Assembly: GCF_006345805.1 (NCBI RefSeq)
Contig: NC_043004.1
Coordinates: 80,662,001-80,726,000, forward strand
Direction: 5' to 3'
DNA: 64,000 nt
From: Octopus sinensis
Lineage: Eukaryota
In this document: positions 37,095 through 50,189 of the stretch, piece by piece
Position numbering within the stretch: the stretch's first letter is position 1
How the letters are laid out: each line of letters starts with the position of its first letter
The notes under the pieces: generated by a model
What the model was told of the DNA's origin: nothing
The model's input: only the letters and a program-made list of their open reading frames with translations
Databases searched by the model: none
Program-made: the position numbers and the translations under genes

Positions 37095-38387
37095 AATGTA
37101 TATGTATGTATATATATATATATCCTTAAATCCTTTAAAATGTTTTAGCTCGAAGGCCGCGGCTATGCTGGGGCACCACTGCTATATATATATATATATA
37201 TATATATTGCTTGGCAACCGGTGTTGGTGTGTTTATGTCCCCATAACTTAGCAGTTCAGCAAAAGAGAATGATAGAATAAGTATCAGTCTTGTGAAAAAG
37301 AAAAATATGTACTGGGGTTGATTCCTTCGACTGAGAATTTGTGAAGGCGGTGCTCCAGCATGGCCACAGTCTGATGACTGAGACATGTGAAAGATGATGT
37401 CTGCCGCTAGTGGAGAGTCTTGAATGATGTCAGCACTTACCCAGACATGTTTGTTGCAGCGGTGCCGGTTAATACGTCATAGAAATAAGTTACCATTAAT
37501 AACAGGAATGTCGTGTTTTTGTATGATGACATGAAATATGGTGTTAAGGTGAGGCGACTTATTTAGAAGTTTGTGTGTGTGTGTGTGTGTGTGTGAGGAG
37601 GACGGAATATATATATGTCTGTGTGTGTGTGTGTGTGTAATTATGTGTGGATGCATATGTGTGTAGAGGTGCGACAATATGTGTATATCTGTGTGTGAAT
37701 GTATATACGTACGTATATGTATGTATATATATATGCATATGTGTGTTTGTGTATATATATATATATATTTACACACACTCACTCAAACATATATGTATGT
37801 ATGTATATATGTATATACATATATAAGTATGTATATGTGTATATATATATACATATGTATATACATATATGTATATATATGCATATAGATATATATATTT
37901 GAATGTGTGTATATAGCTTGTACCTGTGTGTGTGATTATGCTGTGCATGCATAGATATGTGTACATATCTGGTACATATGTGTGTGTGTGTGTGTGTCTA
38001 CATATGTCTGATACACATATAAAAATATGTCTATGTGTGTGTGTGTGCATAATATAATGGTGAGGTTGTTGTTATTGCTATTCAGCCCCTGGTTGGCTTT
38101 GATTGATGGTGAGGAGGTGTCACAGTCTGGTGAATTATGACCAAGTTGTCAAAAAAGGCAAGCAGGACACACAGACAGAGGCGTATGCTGTTATAGTCGA
38201 AACTCCCGTAGTTGTAAAAGTAAATAAAGAAACATAGTAACAGTGCAATATAAGAAGGTGGTGACGGGGGGGGGCGTGGTGGTGGTGGTGGATTAATGAT
38301 GATTAGTTTGGAATTATGTATTACAGAGAAAAACATTTATTAAAGTGGGATAACAGCAGCAAGGAAAAGATAACGAACATGTGCAGG

Positions 38388-38775
38388 TGTTGTAGCTGTG
38401 GGGTAAGAAGCTTGCTTCCCAACCCCATGGTTCTGGGTTCAGTTCCATTGCCTGTCACCTTGGGCAAGTGTCTTCTGCTATAGCCTCAAGCCAACCAAAG
38501 CCTTGTGAGTGGATTTCATAGACAGAAACTGAAAGAAACCCGTTGTGTATATATATATATATGTATATGTTTGTGTGTCTGTGTTTATCTGCCCCACCAT
38601 CGCTTGACAATCGATGTTGGTGTGTTTACATCCCCGTAACTTAATGGTTTGGCAAAAGAGACTGATAAAATATATACTAGGCATACAAAGAATAAGTCCT
38701 GCGGTCGATTCATTCGACTAAATGCAGTGCTCCAGCATGGCTGTAGTCAAATGACTGAGACAAGTAAAAGGAAAA
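38388..38775 (+). mobile_element. SINE family A, full length
   Basis: Head, central domain and right arm are all present. Confidence 0.88.
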
Positions 38776-38846
38776 AGGTAAATAGCACAACATAAGAAAA
38801 CATGGATTGACAAATATGATGCTTAACACTTCGGAGGGAGAAAGTG

Positions 38847-38882
38847 TTTTAACGTTTCGTACTTTTGTCCTTCATCAAAAAA
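38847..38882 (-). ncRNA. Degenerate hammerhead-like motif in a probable Penelope-derived remnant (~38782-39095)
   Basis: Minus strand uuuu-UUGAUGA-A-ggac(aaaa)guac-GAAAC-GUU-aaaa, with C3>U and one stem II mismatch. Confidence 0.55.
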
Positions 38883-39849
38883 GAAGGGAAAAATAGGGAA
38901 GCATAGTGGACGTGTAAAAGAAAAGAAAAACAGGAAAATGAGAAGTGAGGAGAAGACATGAGAGGAAAGTGAAGGGTTAGAATCTAATAGGGGGGGGGAG
39001 TACTGTTTTATTGGGGAGTCAAATTGGAAAAGGGTGTGTATTGAGGTAAATTAAAGTGTATCTGTTTCTGGAAGTGAATGGAAGGTGACATGGTGTGTGT
39101 GTGCACTTATGGTTGTACTTAGTGGGCTTCTGTATAGTTTCCACCTGCGAAATTCACACACAGGGCATTGGCCAGGCTGGAGCTTTAGCAGAAAACACTT
39201 CCCATAGTGTCCGTTAGGACTGAACTGAAAACCACATGGTTGGAATGTAAGCTTCTCGACCTCACAGCCATGCCTGTACCTCTTCCTCCTTCTTTCTCTC
39301 TCTTCCTCCCTTTCCCTCTCTCCTATCTCCCCTCCCTCTTTCTCTCATATATATGTGTATGCATATATGTCTGTATATGTATGTTTATATATATATATGT
39401 ATATTATTACTATAAATCATCTCATTTTCTGGGACAGTCTATTCAAACAGATACATAGATAAGCATATATATATATACACACACAACACATATGCTCGTA
39501 TGTATGTGTGTGTATATGTATGTATGTGTGTATAATTGTTTATCTCTGTATCTGTTTTAATAGATTGTTCCAGAAAATGAGATGATTTAGTGTCGGCCTC
39601 TCTCAGCCTGAATAGTTAATGTTTTGTATCTAGAATAGTCTTGCTCCCAGACTAGTCATGACTGAACTCCAATTCCCCACCCCCTCAAGCCCAACAGGTT
39701 GTATAACTCTCGTCCTGACAAATACTCTTTGTCAACCCTCTTGTGGGGTGTTTCCAACCTTGCCAACCCCACCAGACATTTTAAAGCTTTCTATTTTGCT
39801 TTTTTGCCCAAACAAAAGAATAAAACAGCACTGTATATATATATATTTC

Positions 39850-40570
39850 TTTTATCTTTTACTTGCTTCAGTCATTAGACTGTGGCCATGCTGGGGCACC
39901 TACCTTAAAGAATTTTCAGGTGAATGAATCGACCCCTGTACATATTTTTGTGGAGCCTGGTACTTATTCCATCAGTCCCTTTTTGCCAAAGACACCATTA
40001 CCGTTTATCAAGTAGTAGTGGCGGACAAACACAGACATAAAAACTTGCACGTACACTCAGGCTTCTTTCAGTTTCCGTCTACCAAATCCACTCACAAGGC
40101 TTTGGTCAACCTGAGACTATAGCAAAAGACACTTGCCCAATGTGCCACGCAGTGAAACTGAACCTGGAATCAAGTGGTTGGGAAGCAAGCTTCCTACCAC
40201 ACAGCCATACCTTCGTCTACATAGGTGCAGGAGTGGTTGTGTGGTACAAGCTTGCTTCCAAACCACATGGTTCTGGGTTCAGTCCCACTACATGGCAACT
40301 TGGGCAAATGTCTTCTACTATAGCCTTGGGTTGACCAAAGCCTTGTGAGGGGATTTAGTAGATGGAAACTGAAAGAAGCCCATCATACATGTGTATGTTT
40401 GTGTGTGTGTGTCTGTGTTTATGTCTCTGTAACTTAGCAGTTTGGCAAAAGAGATCGATAGAATAAGTACTAGACTTACAAAGAATAAGTCCTGGGCTCA
40501 ATTTGTTCAACTAATGGTGGTGCTCCAGCATGGCTGTAATCAAATGACTGAAACAAGTAAAAGAATAAAA
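39850..40570. mobile_element. Head-to-head pair of family-A SINEs (minus 39850-40212, plus 40226-40570)
   Basis: Both heads are present and divergent, about 13 bp apart. Confidence 0.85.
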
Positions 40571-40747
40571 GAATATATATATATACAAGTTTTTTTTCAT
40601 GTTGCTCCAAGAAACTTTGAGTTACCCCGTGACAGGGGGGCATCGTGCTCAGGAGGAATTCTGTTTCAGATTGTCTCCAATTATGCCACAATGATTATTT
40701 CCTTGTAATAGCTAGTGAGTAGGCAATATAACCTTGTATGTTCAAGG

Positions 40748-41130
40748 CAGCAAGCTGGCAGAAACATTGGCACACCAGGTGAAATGCTTAGTGATATTTC
40801 GTCTGTCTTTACGTTCTGAGTTCAAATTCCACCGAGGTCGACATTGCCTTTCATCCTTTCGGGATTGATAAATTAAGTACCAGTTATGCACTGGGGTCGA
40901 TATAATAGATTTAATCCATTTATCTATCCTTGTTTGTCCTCTCTGTGGGTAGTAAAGAAATAGGTATTTCGTCTGTCTTTACGTTCTGAGTTCAAATTCC
41001 ACCGAGGTCGACATTGCCTTTCATCCTTTCGGGGTCGATAAATTAAGTACCAGTTGCATACTGAGGTTGACCTAATCGACTGGCCCTCCTTCCCCAAAAT
41101 TTCTGGCCTTGTGCCTAGAGTAGAAAAGAA
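40748..41130 (+). mobile_element. SINE family B, complete dimeric form (B1 unit plus B2 unit)
   Basis: The internal ~90-bp unit is repeated at ~40795 and ~40965. Confidence 0.88.
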
Positions 41131-41789
41131 TATAACCTTGTGTTTAGGCTGTTGAATTCATAATCACAAGGTCACAGTTTCAATTCCAGATCAAGCAGTG
41201 TGTTGTGTTCTTGAGCACTCCATATTGCTCCTGTTTACTTATTTTTAAATGAGTAACCCCACAGTAGACAAGCATATTGTTCACAGTCTTTGTCATCTAT
41301 CGTAATTCCATTCAGGTCTCAGATGCTTTCCAAGAATATTCATAGCCACCTGGGTCCCAATATATAACGGTTCCTTTTTTTAATTGACCTCAGAAAGATG
41401 AAAGCCAAAAAAAGACTTAAGTTGTGTTTGAACTCAGATTGTAACTGGTCACAACACAACACCAATGCTTTGATAATTTTGGCAATCCACCATTTGATAA
41501 AATTACTAACCAGTTAGTGGAACAAATGGTGAAACATTTTGGCTGTTACTCAAGGTTTGTGAGTTCTAATTCACAGAAGAATTCTTTTGCATTATGCTTC
41601 TCATCTTTTTTTTCTTTTGTTTTTCCCTCCTTTTTTTTCTCTTTTGTGTTTCTGCCCCCCCCCCTTTTTTTTTCTTGTGGCAGTGGGTAGGGCAATTAAT
41701 TCTACATGCCTCATTTCACCCATTTACCAGAAAAACCAAAAGACAGTAATAATACAAATAATAATTGCAATAACTATAATGATAATAAT

Positions 41790-41831
<42 letters not shown>

Positions 41832-42377
41832 CGTGATGTTCTATGGAACAGTCAATGGAGCCGATCATCGATTAATAGTAATGTCTATCTTGACAGGGGA
41901 AAAAATGCGAAGACTTTATTTATCACACTAATTTATAACACATAAATATTCATAAATGTACACATTTTTATTATTTTTATTCTTAAATAAATAAATAAAT
42001 GGCTGGCCGGTGAACATAGCTAACAAAAGACATATATTTCTTCAGCTCCAGATGGCACGGATTCTTTGTAATAATGCTTAGTCTCAGAACATATTTCAAG
42101 TCCACTTGGTTTTTTTTTTTCTTTTCTGTTTTTTTTTTTTTTTTTTTAGTCAGGGGGAGAGGTAGTGCCCGTAATCCACTACAAGTCTTATGACAAATGA
42201 GAGGTTGATAACCCCCAAACTGGACAACTGACCGACATGCATGCAGCAGAGTACTGTCTGCAAACCCTTTTGATGCCAAACTGTCAGGAATTTCTCTTGA
42301 TTCTGTGATACAATTTCTCTGGATTAAAGTGATCTAAATAAAAATTTGTCATTAGAATTTCATGTTAATTCATAATA

Positions 42378-43087
42378 CTAGGCTGTGTGGTAAGACGCTT
42401 GCTTCCCAACCACAAAGTTCTGAGTTCAGTCCCACTGTGTGATGCCTTGGGTGATTGTCTTTTGCTATAACTTCCAGCTGACCAAAACCTTGTTAGTGAA
42501 TTTGGTTGATGGAAACTGAAAGAAGCCCATCATGTGTGTGTGTGTGTGTTTATCTTCCATCACTACTTGTTAGTGGCTATTGGTGTGTTCGTGTCCCAGT
42601 AACTTAGCAGTCTGGCAAAAGAGACTGATGGAATAAGCTAAAATAAGTGTTAGGGTCTAATTGTTCAACTAAAATCCTTCAAGGCGGTGCCCCAGCATGG
42701 CCACAGTCTAATGACAGAAACAAGTTAAAAAGAAAAGGTAGGAGTGGCTGTGTGGTAAGTAGCTTGCTTACGAACCCCATGATTCCAGGTTCAATCCCAC
42801 TGTTTGGTACCTTGGGGAAGTGTCTTCTACTATAGCCTCTGGCCAACCAAAGCCTTGTGAGTGGATTTGGTTGATGGAAACTGAAAGAAGCCCATCATAT
42901 ATATATATGTATGTGTGTGTATATGTTTGTGTGTCTGTGTTTACATCCCGGTCACTTAGCGGTTCGGCAAGAGAGACCGATAGAATAAGTACTAGGCTTA
43001 CAAAGAATAAGTCCCAGGGTTGAATTGCTTGACTAAAGGCAGTGCTCCATCATGGCCACGGTCAAATGCCTGAAAGAAGTAAAAGGG
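42378..43087 (+). mobile_element. Two tandem family-A SINEs (42378-42737, 42738-43087)
   Basis: The second head begins directly after the first tail. Confidence 0.85.
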
Positions 43088-43448
43088 ATATGCTGCTGAC
43101 TGTAGATGCGATCTCTTGTACTGCAGGTAACAAAGCATCACCAGGTAACATGATTGTGTTTCCTGGTTCACACATAACAACAAAGATTTTAAACTTATAC
43201 CATAATATTTCTAAGAAAAGTTCATGATAAATTGATAATGGTATTATTTACCTTGACCAATAATGAATTTACCTGTTTTATTTTATTGCATTTAATTTTA
43301 TTATATTTTATTTACTTTCTTTTCGTCTTAATTTATAGATGATATATTTTTGTAATTTTAAATTGATTTGATTAAAGGAAATAGATCATTCTACAATGGT
43401 GAGCATAGATCTCTCTCACTAGTAAACATGGTCAGGAATATGTCTGTT

Positions 43449-43493
<45 letters not shown>

Positions 43494-43605
43494 TATACAT
43501 CTGTGTGTATAGTTATGTATATATACACCCATATATATATTGCATGTGTGTGTACATATTTGTATATATATATATATATATGTGGGTATGCGTATTTGTA
43601 TACAT

Positions 43606-43642
<37 letters not shown>

Positions 43643-44324
43643 CATACATACATATATAGTGTGTGTGCATGTATATAGATTTATATATTTTCTGTGAGTG
43701 TGTTTGTGTGTGTATATATATATGTGTGTGTGTATGTATATATATTTTATATATTTTGTGTATGTGTCTATATCATATTTATATATACACACACATATTA
43801 TGTATATATAGATACGTAAAAGGTAAAATATATTCTATTGATATATGAAAACACTTCCGTTGTCACCGAACTTCAGTCATGCTATTCATAATTAATTTCC
43901 ACAATAATTGCAATTATTTATTTGTTTTTATATTTTATTTTATTATTTACCACCATTAATATTCATACAATACATTTACTTCATCAACAACGATTACATT
44001 TTACCGACACAAAAGAATGCAAAAAATAAAAAAGGTATGACTTTGTTTAACAAAAGTCTTTTACTAAATGACTATTTTAAAAACTTTTGAAGTTTACAAG
44101 AATATCTGGCAATTACCAAACTTCCAAGAACTAAAAGCTTGTCGAAATCTGTTTTGCTTGATGGTGTTCGTGTCTGGCACTTTTCATTTCAAATCACGTT
44201 TTACCGTTTTGTGAAAGGAAGGACCGTCGTCATTGTTTTGACATCCGCTTTTCGACTATAGCCCCAGGCCCGTCAATGCCTTGTGAATGACTTTGGCAAC
44301 TGTGAGGAAGCCCATTATATATAT

Positions 44325-44760
44325 CATCGTCATTTAAAATCCGTTTTCAATGTTGGCATGTGTTGGATGGTTTGAGAGTGGATGGTAAACTGGGAACCTG
44401 CACTAGACTCCATTGTCTGTTCGGCATGGTTGCTATGGCTGGTTGCTGTTTCTAATGTCAACCACTTTACAGAGTGCACTGGATGCTTTTTATGTGGCAT
44501 GGTTACCAGTGCTTTTTACATGGAACCACCACCAGTACTTTTTATGTGACACCAGCATCTTGCTTTCTCTGTGGCAACAGCAGTGGTGCTTTTTATGTGG
44601 TACCAGTACCAGTGCATTTTGCATGGTACCATCATGTCACACCAGCATTATTGCTTTTTATTTGGCACCAGCACTGGTGCCTTTTACATGGAACCACCAT
44701 CAGTGCTTTTTACGTGGGTCCATCACCAGTGCTTTTTATGTCACACCAACACCAACAGGG
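44325..44760 (-). mobile_element. Diverged RTE 3'-tail fragment with many short modular units
   Basis: tcatcgtcatttaaaatccgttttc... followed by repeated gtgctttttatgtg/cacca units. Confidence 0.75.
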
Positions 44761-44898
44761 TTACTGAGTATGTTGCATGACAAAAACTCCCCAACGGGAA
44801 GGATGGAGAAGTATTGAGTGGGGTGGCTTTGTACAATTTCATGAGAGATTAATGATATTGTATACTGTGCGACATCTATAATAATAATAATAATAATA

Positions 44899-45085
44899 AA
44901 ATCAAAGACCTGGAAATAGAAGAATGTGGAACCTAAAAACAAATAATTCCTGTCATAATAGGTACATTAGTTATGATAAAAAAAAATTTCAGACAAATAC
45001 ATAACAAAACGCCAGGACTAACAAGTATATGTAACATACAGGAAATAGCGTTACTAGGCACTGCACACATCTGCATGAAACACTT
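44899..45085 (+). mobile_element. Second RLE-type LINE C-terminal remnant (different subfamily)
   Basis: KDLEIE..MWNLKT..IPVIIGTL..PGLTSICNIQEIALLGTAHI with frameshifts. The 5' junction lies in (TAA)n. Confidence 0.7.
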
Positions 45086-45089
45086 TCAA

Positions 45090-45245
45090 TGCAGTCATCA
45101 TCGTCGTTTAACATCCGTTTTCCATGCCTGCATGGGTTGGATGGTTTGACTGAGGTCTGGGAAGCCAGTAGCTGCACCAGGCTCCAATCCGATCTGGCAG
45201 TGTTTCTACAGCTTGATGCCCTTCCTAACGCCAACCACTCCACTA
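45090..45245 (-). mobile_element. RTE 3'-tail fragment
   Basis: catcatcgtcgtttaacatccgttttccatg...cttcctaacgccaaccactcc. Confidence 0.85.
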
Positions 45246-46239
45246 TGCATTTCACCCAACATGCTAACAATTTTACCAGTGTGCCACCTTGAAAATAATA
45301 ATAATAATAATAATAATAATGATAATCCTTTCTGCTATAGGCACAAGGGCTGAAACTTTGTGGGAGTGGGATAGTTGATTACATCGACCCCAGTGTTTCA
45401 CTGGTACTTAATTTATCGACCCTGAATGGATGAAAGGCAAAGTTGACTTCGGCGGAATTTGAACCCAAACCATGAAGATGGTTGAAATACCACTAAGCGT
45501 TTTGTCCAGCGTGATAACTGTTCTGCCAGCTTACCGCCTTTTTAATAATAATAGCAATAATAATAATAACAACAACAAAATAGAAACAAAGGCTAACAAA
45601 AAAGCAAATGAATGAATTAATAAGACAAGATTTAATTTAGATATCATTAGTTTTTAGCCTTGTACCATTTGTACAATTGTTAGTGTGGTGGGGCAAGTAG
45701 GAAAAGAGCTGGAATTGATATGGAATTCTTGCAGGCAGCTGTGGCTACAAGAAAAAAATGGTCTGGCACCAAAACTGCAAGCTCGATTAAAAACAAAGAA
45801 CCAACAGGCTAGATTCTAAAAGAGAGAGAGAGAGAGGAAGAGAAGAGTTTGCATTCCTTCATGAAGAGTCTCCATTTTGTTTAACCGAAATATATTTCGG
45901 TATGTGAACCTTCGCTTTTTCGAATATAGCATTTATCTTCATCTGTGAATGGCTGTTGCTATTCCAAACACAATTATTGATTTTTCTTGTGGATTTTCAC
46001 TTCAGCTGCTTATTGAATAAATACCAAACAACAACAACAACAGTTACAATGCTGATCATCGACCTCACCAAAAGTTGTTTTTGTTATTTGGCTTTTTTTT
46101 TTTTTTTTTTTTTCAGAAATTGCTGTTGTTGTTGTCTTTTATTATTGAGAGTTCTTCAGAAGCTAATTTCAGATAACCATTACCATTTCCTTCTTTGATT
46201 TTTGTACACCCACTCACTCTCCGCTACATTCGTTGTTAC

Positions 46240-46336
46240 TGGTATTATTGCTGTTGTTGTTGTTGTGATGATGATGATGATGATGATGATAATCGTGGCG
46301 GTGGTGGTGATAATGATAATTGCAATGGTGATGATA

Positions 46337-46375
<39 letters not shown>

Positions 46376-46625
46376 ACAGTGGTGGTGGTGGTGGTGGTAG
46401 TGGTAGTGGCAGTGGCAGCAGTGGTAGTAATGATGGTGATGACAAGTATAATGGCGTTGGTGATGCTGATTATGGTGGCAATGGTGGTGACAATGATAAG
46501 GGAGGTTTTTCTCACATTAACATCAACAGCAACAATAATAATATTATTATCATCATCATTATTATTATTATTATCATGATTATGATTATTATTATTATTA
46601 TCATTATTATTATTGTTGTTGTAGC
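46240..46625. repeat. Compound (GAT)/(GGT)/(ATT) microsatellite
   Basis: Visible directly. Confidence 0.95.
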
Positions 46626-47764
46626 TTTATACCAAAAACAGTAATAAAGAACAAAGCAATAACTATAATGATAATCACTATCCCCTCACACACAACCTAA
46701 GCACTAGGGGCATTTCATAAGGGGTTGAAATGTAATCTAATAGACAACTAACCCCCATTCCCAGTATATTAATTACTTTTACTGCTCATTAATTTAATTA
46801 TTCTCAGAAGTATAGAAAGCACAATGAGTTTAAAAGGCCTTTTGATTGCAGAAATATGATGCAATAAACTTTACAGATTCTAGTTTTTAGTATGCTACCA
46901 GGGGTTTCATTTCAGAAACCAATATGTGAGATAGCCCATGGCAATATTTAGTCTAGCTCCTTGTTCGTTGTCATCACCATACGTCTACTTTTCCATTCTT
47001 GCAGAGGTCAGATCGAGTTAACCTTTCTGTTAATACTATTTTCTTTACATGGACAGACAAATGGATTAAGTCGATTATATCGACCCCAGTGTGTAACTGG
47101 TACTTATTTAATCGACCCCGAAAGGATGAAAGGCAAAGTCGACCTCGGCGGAATTTGAACTCAGAATGTAGTGGCAGACGAAATACCGCTAAGCATTTCA
47201 TCCACCATGCTAATGATTCTGCCAGCTCGCCGCCTTTCTGTTTATACCTATGCAAGGTACCACACTGTGGAATTGAACTTTAGACCATATAGTTAAAAAA
47301 CAAACTCCTTAACCACACAGCTATGCTTGTTTTATAGTAACAAACAAAAAGCTATTTGTTAATTTTATAATATTGTATGAAATAATTATTGCTGGCATGT
47401 GTTCACAGTTGGAACCTGACTGGGTTTGTGTTTGATATCAGATTCAAATTAGTCAATTCAATGCACCTTAAGGAATCCTTTACTTTGTTCACTGTAAAAG
47501 AAACATGAATACATATAGTAAACGATGTGACCTATTTTCCCTTCACTTTGTCTATACATGCTGAGCTAAATGGAAGTCTTTTTATGTTTTGTTTTTCAAA
47601 TTTATGCATATATTTGTCCAAATGAATTCCAGTGATATGAACAATATTGAAAGGCTTTGCAGCTGAAACAGTGTAAGCATCCTATCAAGCATTTGTTTTA
47701 AGAACTGTATGCATTCACCTGAACAATTTATGTAGATAAATAGATACATACATACACATACACT

Positions 47765-48185
47765 ATTTCATTTAATGTTCATTTCTGTGCTGACATGGGT
47801 TGGCCTGTCTGACAGGAGCTGAAAAGTTTGAGAACTATACCAAGCTCTATTGTCTACTTCAGCATGGTTTCTATGACTGGTTGCCCTTCCTAATGCCAAC
47901 CATTTTACAGAGTGTACTGGATGTTCTTTTTTTTTTGCACCCTCAAGGTCATGCAATACATATATTCAAGTATATAATATATATATATATATATATATTA
48001 TCATCATCATCATTGTTTAAAATTTGTTTGCCATGGGTTGGACAGTTTCACAGGAGCTGGCCAGACAGAGAGCTTCCCAGATTTCAAATGTCTGTTTTGG
48101 CATGGTTTCTACGTCTGGATGCCCTTCCTAATGCCAACCATTTTACATTGTATGCTGGGTGCATTTAATGTGGCACCAGCACACA
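47765..48185 (-). mobile_element. Two diverged RTE 3'-tail fragments (~47765-47940 and ~48000-48185)
   Basis: Both contain catgggttgg...gcccttcctaatgccaaccatttt. Confidence 0.75.
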
Positions 48186-48534
48186 TACACACACACACAC
48201 ACATATATATATAAATATTCATTTCTACTCTAGGCACAAAGCCCGTAATTTTTGGAGAGGTGGGGGCGCCAGTTGATTAGATTAACCTCAGTATGCAACT
48301 GGTACTTAATTTATCATCCCCGAAAGGATGAAAGCCAAAGTCAACCTTGGCAGAATTTGAACTCAGAGCATAAAGACAGACGAAATACTGCCAAGCATTT
48401 CACCCAGTGTGCTAACTTTTCTGCCAGCTCACCGCCTTACACACACACACATATATATATATATATATTCATCATGATAGATCGCTAGCCACTAAACCTT
48501 ATTCTATTTTCTCTCCCTGTTTATTCCTGTGTTT

Positions 48535-48567
48535 CTTTGTCGAAGAGCATAGGCTCGAAACATAAAA
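48535..48567 (+). ncRNA. Degenerate hammerhead-like motif in a ~185-bp element (48473-48657), same family as 52392-52583
   Basis: ctttgtcga-a-gagc(atag)gctc-gaaac-ata-aaag; the whole element aligns with the reverse complement of 52392-52583. Confidence 0.6.
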
Positions 48568-50189
48568 GACTTCCTCACTTCCTGAGCATTAAATTAATAC
48601 ATCTGTTTGTTGCTTACACACCCGTCTTCATCTTTCGTTTTTTTGTAAATTCTCACAATATACACATATATATATATATATATACATATATATAGATATC
48701 TTCATACAGTAAAAATAACAACTCCATTCTTCAATGTTTTCTTGATGTTCTGTGAGTGATTTGTGAATTCCTTTTTTTTTTTTTTTCATTGGGCCAGTAG
48801 TTTAATAAGGGAGCTACTCCCTTTCTAGTTTTTTCTCTACCACCTGTTGTTGTGCTTCATGAGGTAAACACCTGTATTGTGTACCTCAATTCACCCTCAC
48901 ATATAATATATATTATGAGCTCCCTTCTGGGCTCTCCTAGCAGATCACATGACCCTATCAGCTCTCTTATTGGCCAGAATTTTCAGCAGACAATAACAAT
49001 AAAGTAAGTTTGTTGGCTGAGATTTATGAGGAAAACACATTCACTCCTCTTCCTCCTCTTTTTCCTCTCTTCTTCTTTCTCCTCTTTCTCCTCCTCCTTT
49101 GCTACTTTCACCCTCCCATTCCTCCCCACCCTTTCCACCATTTTTGTTTCTTAGAAATTGTTTTGTTCCTTCCTCAACAATTCAGAAAATCCCTACAGAA
49201 TTTATTCTAATTTTTTTTTAAGAAAAAAAAAATAGAAAAGAAGAAAAGAAATAAAATAACTAAAATAATTTGTTAAAATAAAACAATAAAATAAAAGATG
49301 CAATTTTGTTTTTTTTCTTGTTTTACCAAAATATCCTGTTTTATATACATCACTAATTTAGATTGACTGTTTACAAAGTGGCTTGGAAAATTCTTGTCAG
49401 AGTTTTTTTGTTCTTTCTTTATTTTTCTACCAATTGATGATGGATTGTGTTGGCAGTTTTTTGGATAGATTTTCTCAAAAGAATGCAAAAAAGGCAACAA
49501 ACAAAACATGGAAAAAAACGTGTAAAAAACGAGGAGCGTGTGTTATTATTCCGCTGTATTTCATTGATACTTGCAGAAGATATCATATTGTGATTGTCAG
49601 TCATCTACCAGTGGTTCTCCTGGGAGCGAATGTTTCCAGACAAACTGACGTTTGTCATTAAGTATAAGAAAGGTGTAGAATGTCTAATGAAAGATGAAGA
49701 TCAGGAGTTTGGGGTGAAGTTTGGGTGTCAAAGGGGTGACAGAAATTTTCTGTTGTTTTTGAGGATTGACCTTTAGGCTTTATTTTGATTATATTTATTT
49801 ATTTTGGAATTGTTTTTATATTTTTTTATGAAAGAATTGATTCAACTCTTTTGTTACCATTTTTCTGTTGAAATACACTGCCTTTTGTTTCAATTAATTT
49901 TGAAAATTTAGAAGAATTTTAGAAAAATAACATTGGTGTTATTTCCTTCGAAGTGGTGACCTGGAACAATTGTTAGAACATCAGACAAAATGCCTTGCAA
50001 TTTTTCTTTCGACACATTACATTCTAATTTCAAATTCCACTGGGTTCCATGTTCGCCTTTTATCCCACTGGGACCAACATTGGTATCATTGCTTTCAAGG
50101 TGGTGACCTGGAAGAATTGTTGGAGCATTGGACTACATTCCAAGTTCAATTTCCACTGGGATCCATTTTTGCCTTTTATCCCCCACGGC

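Noticed and set aside
45738-45828. cag|G frame containing NGLA (QLWLQEKNGLAPKLQ...)
   Set aside because: No NPEV-like motif, no GT donor before the stop, weak polypyrimidine tract.
46195-46644. DDD..GSGSGSG frame resembling a glypican heparan sulfate attachment site
   Set aside because: Entirely within a (GAT)/(GGT) microsatellite, with no acceptor or donor and no flanking glypican motifs.
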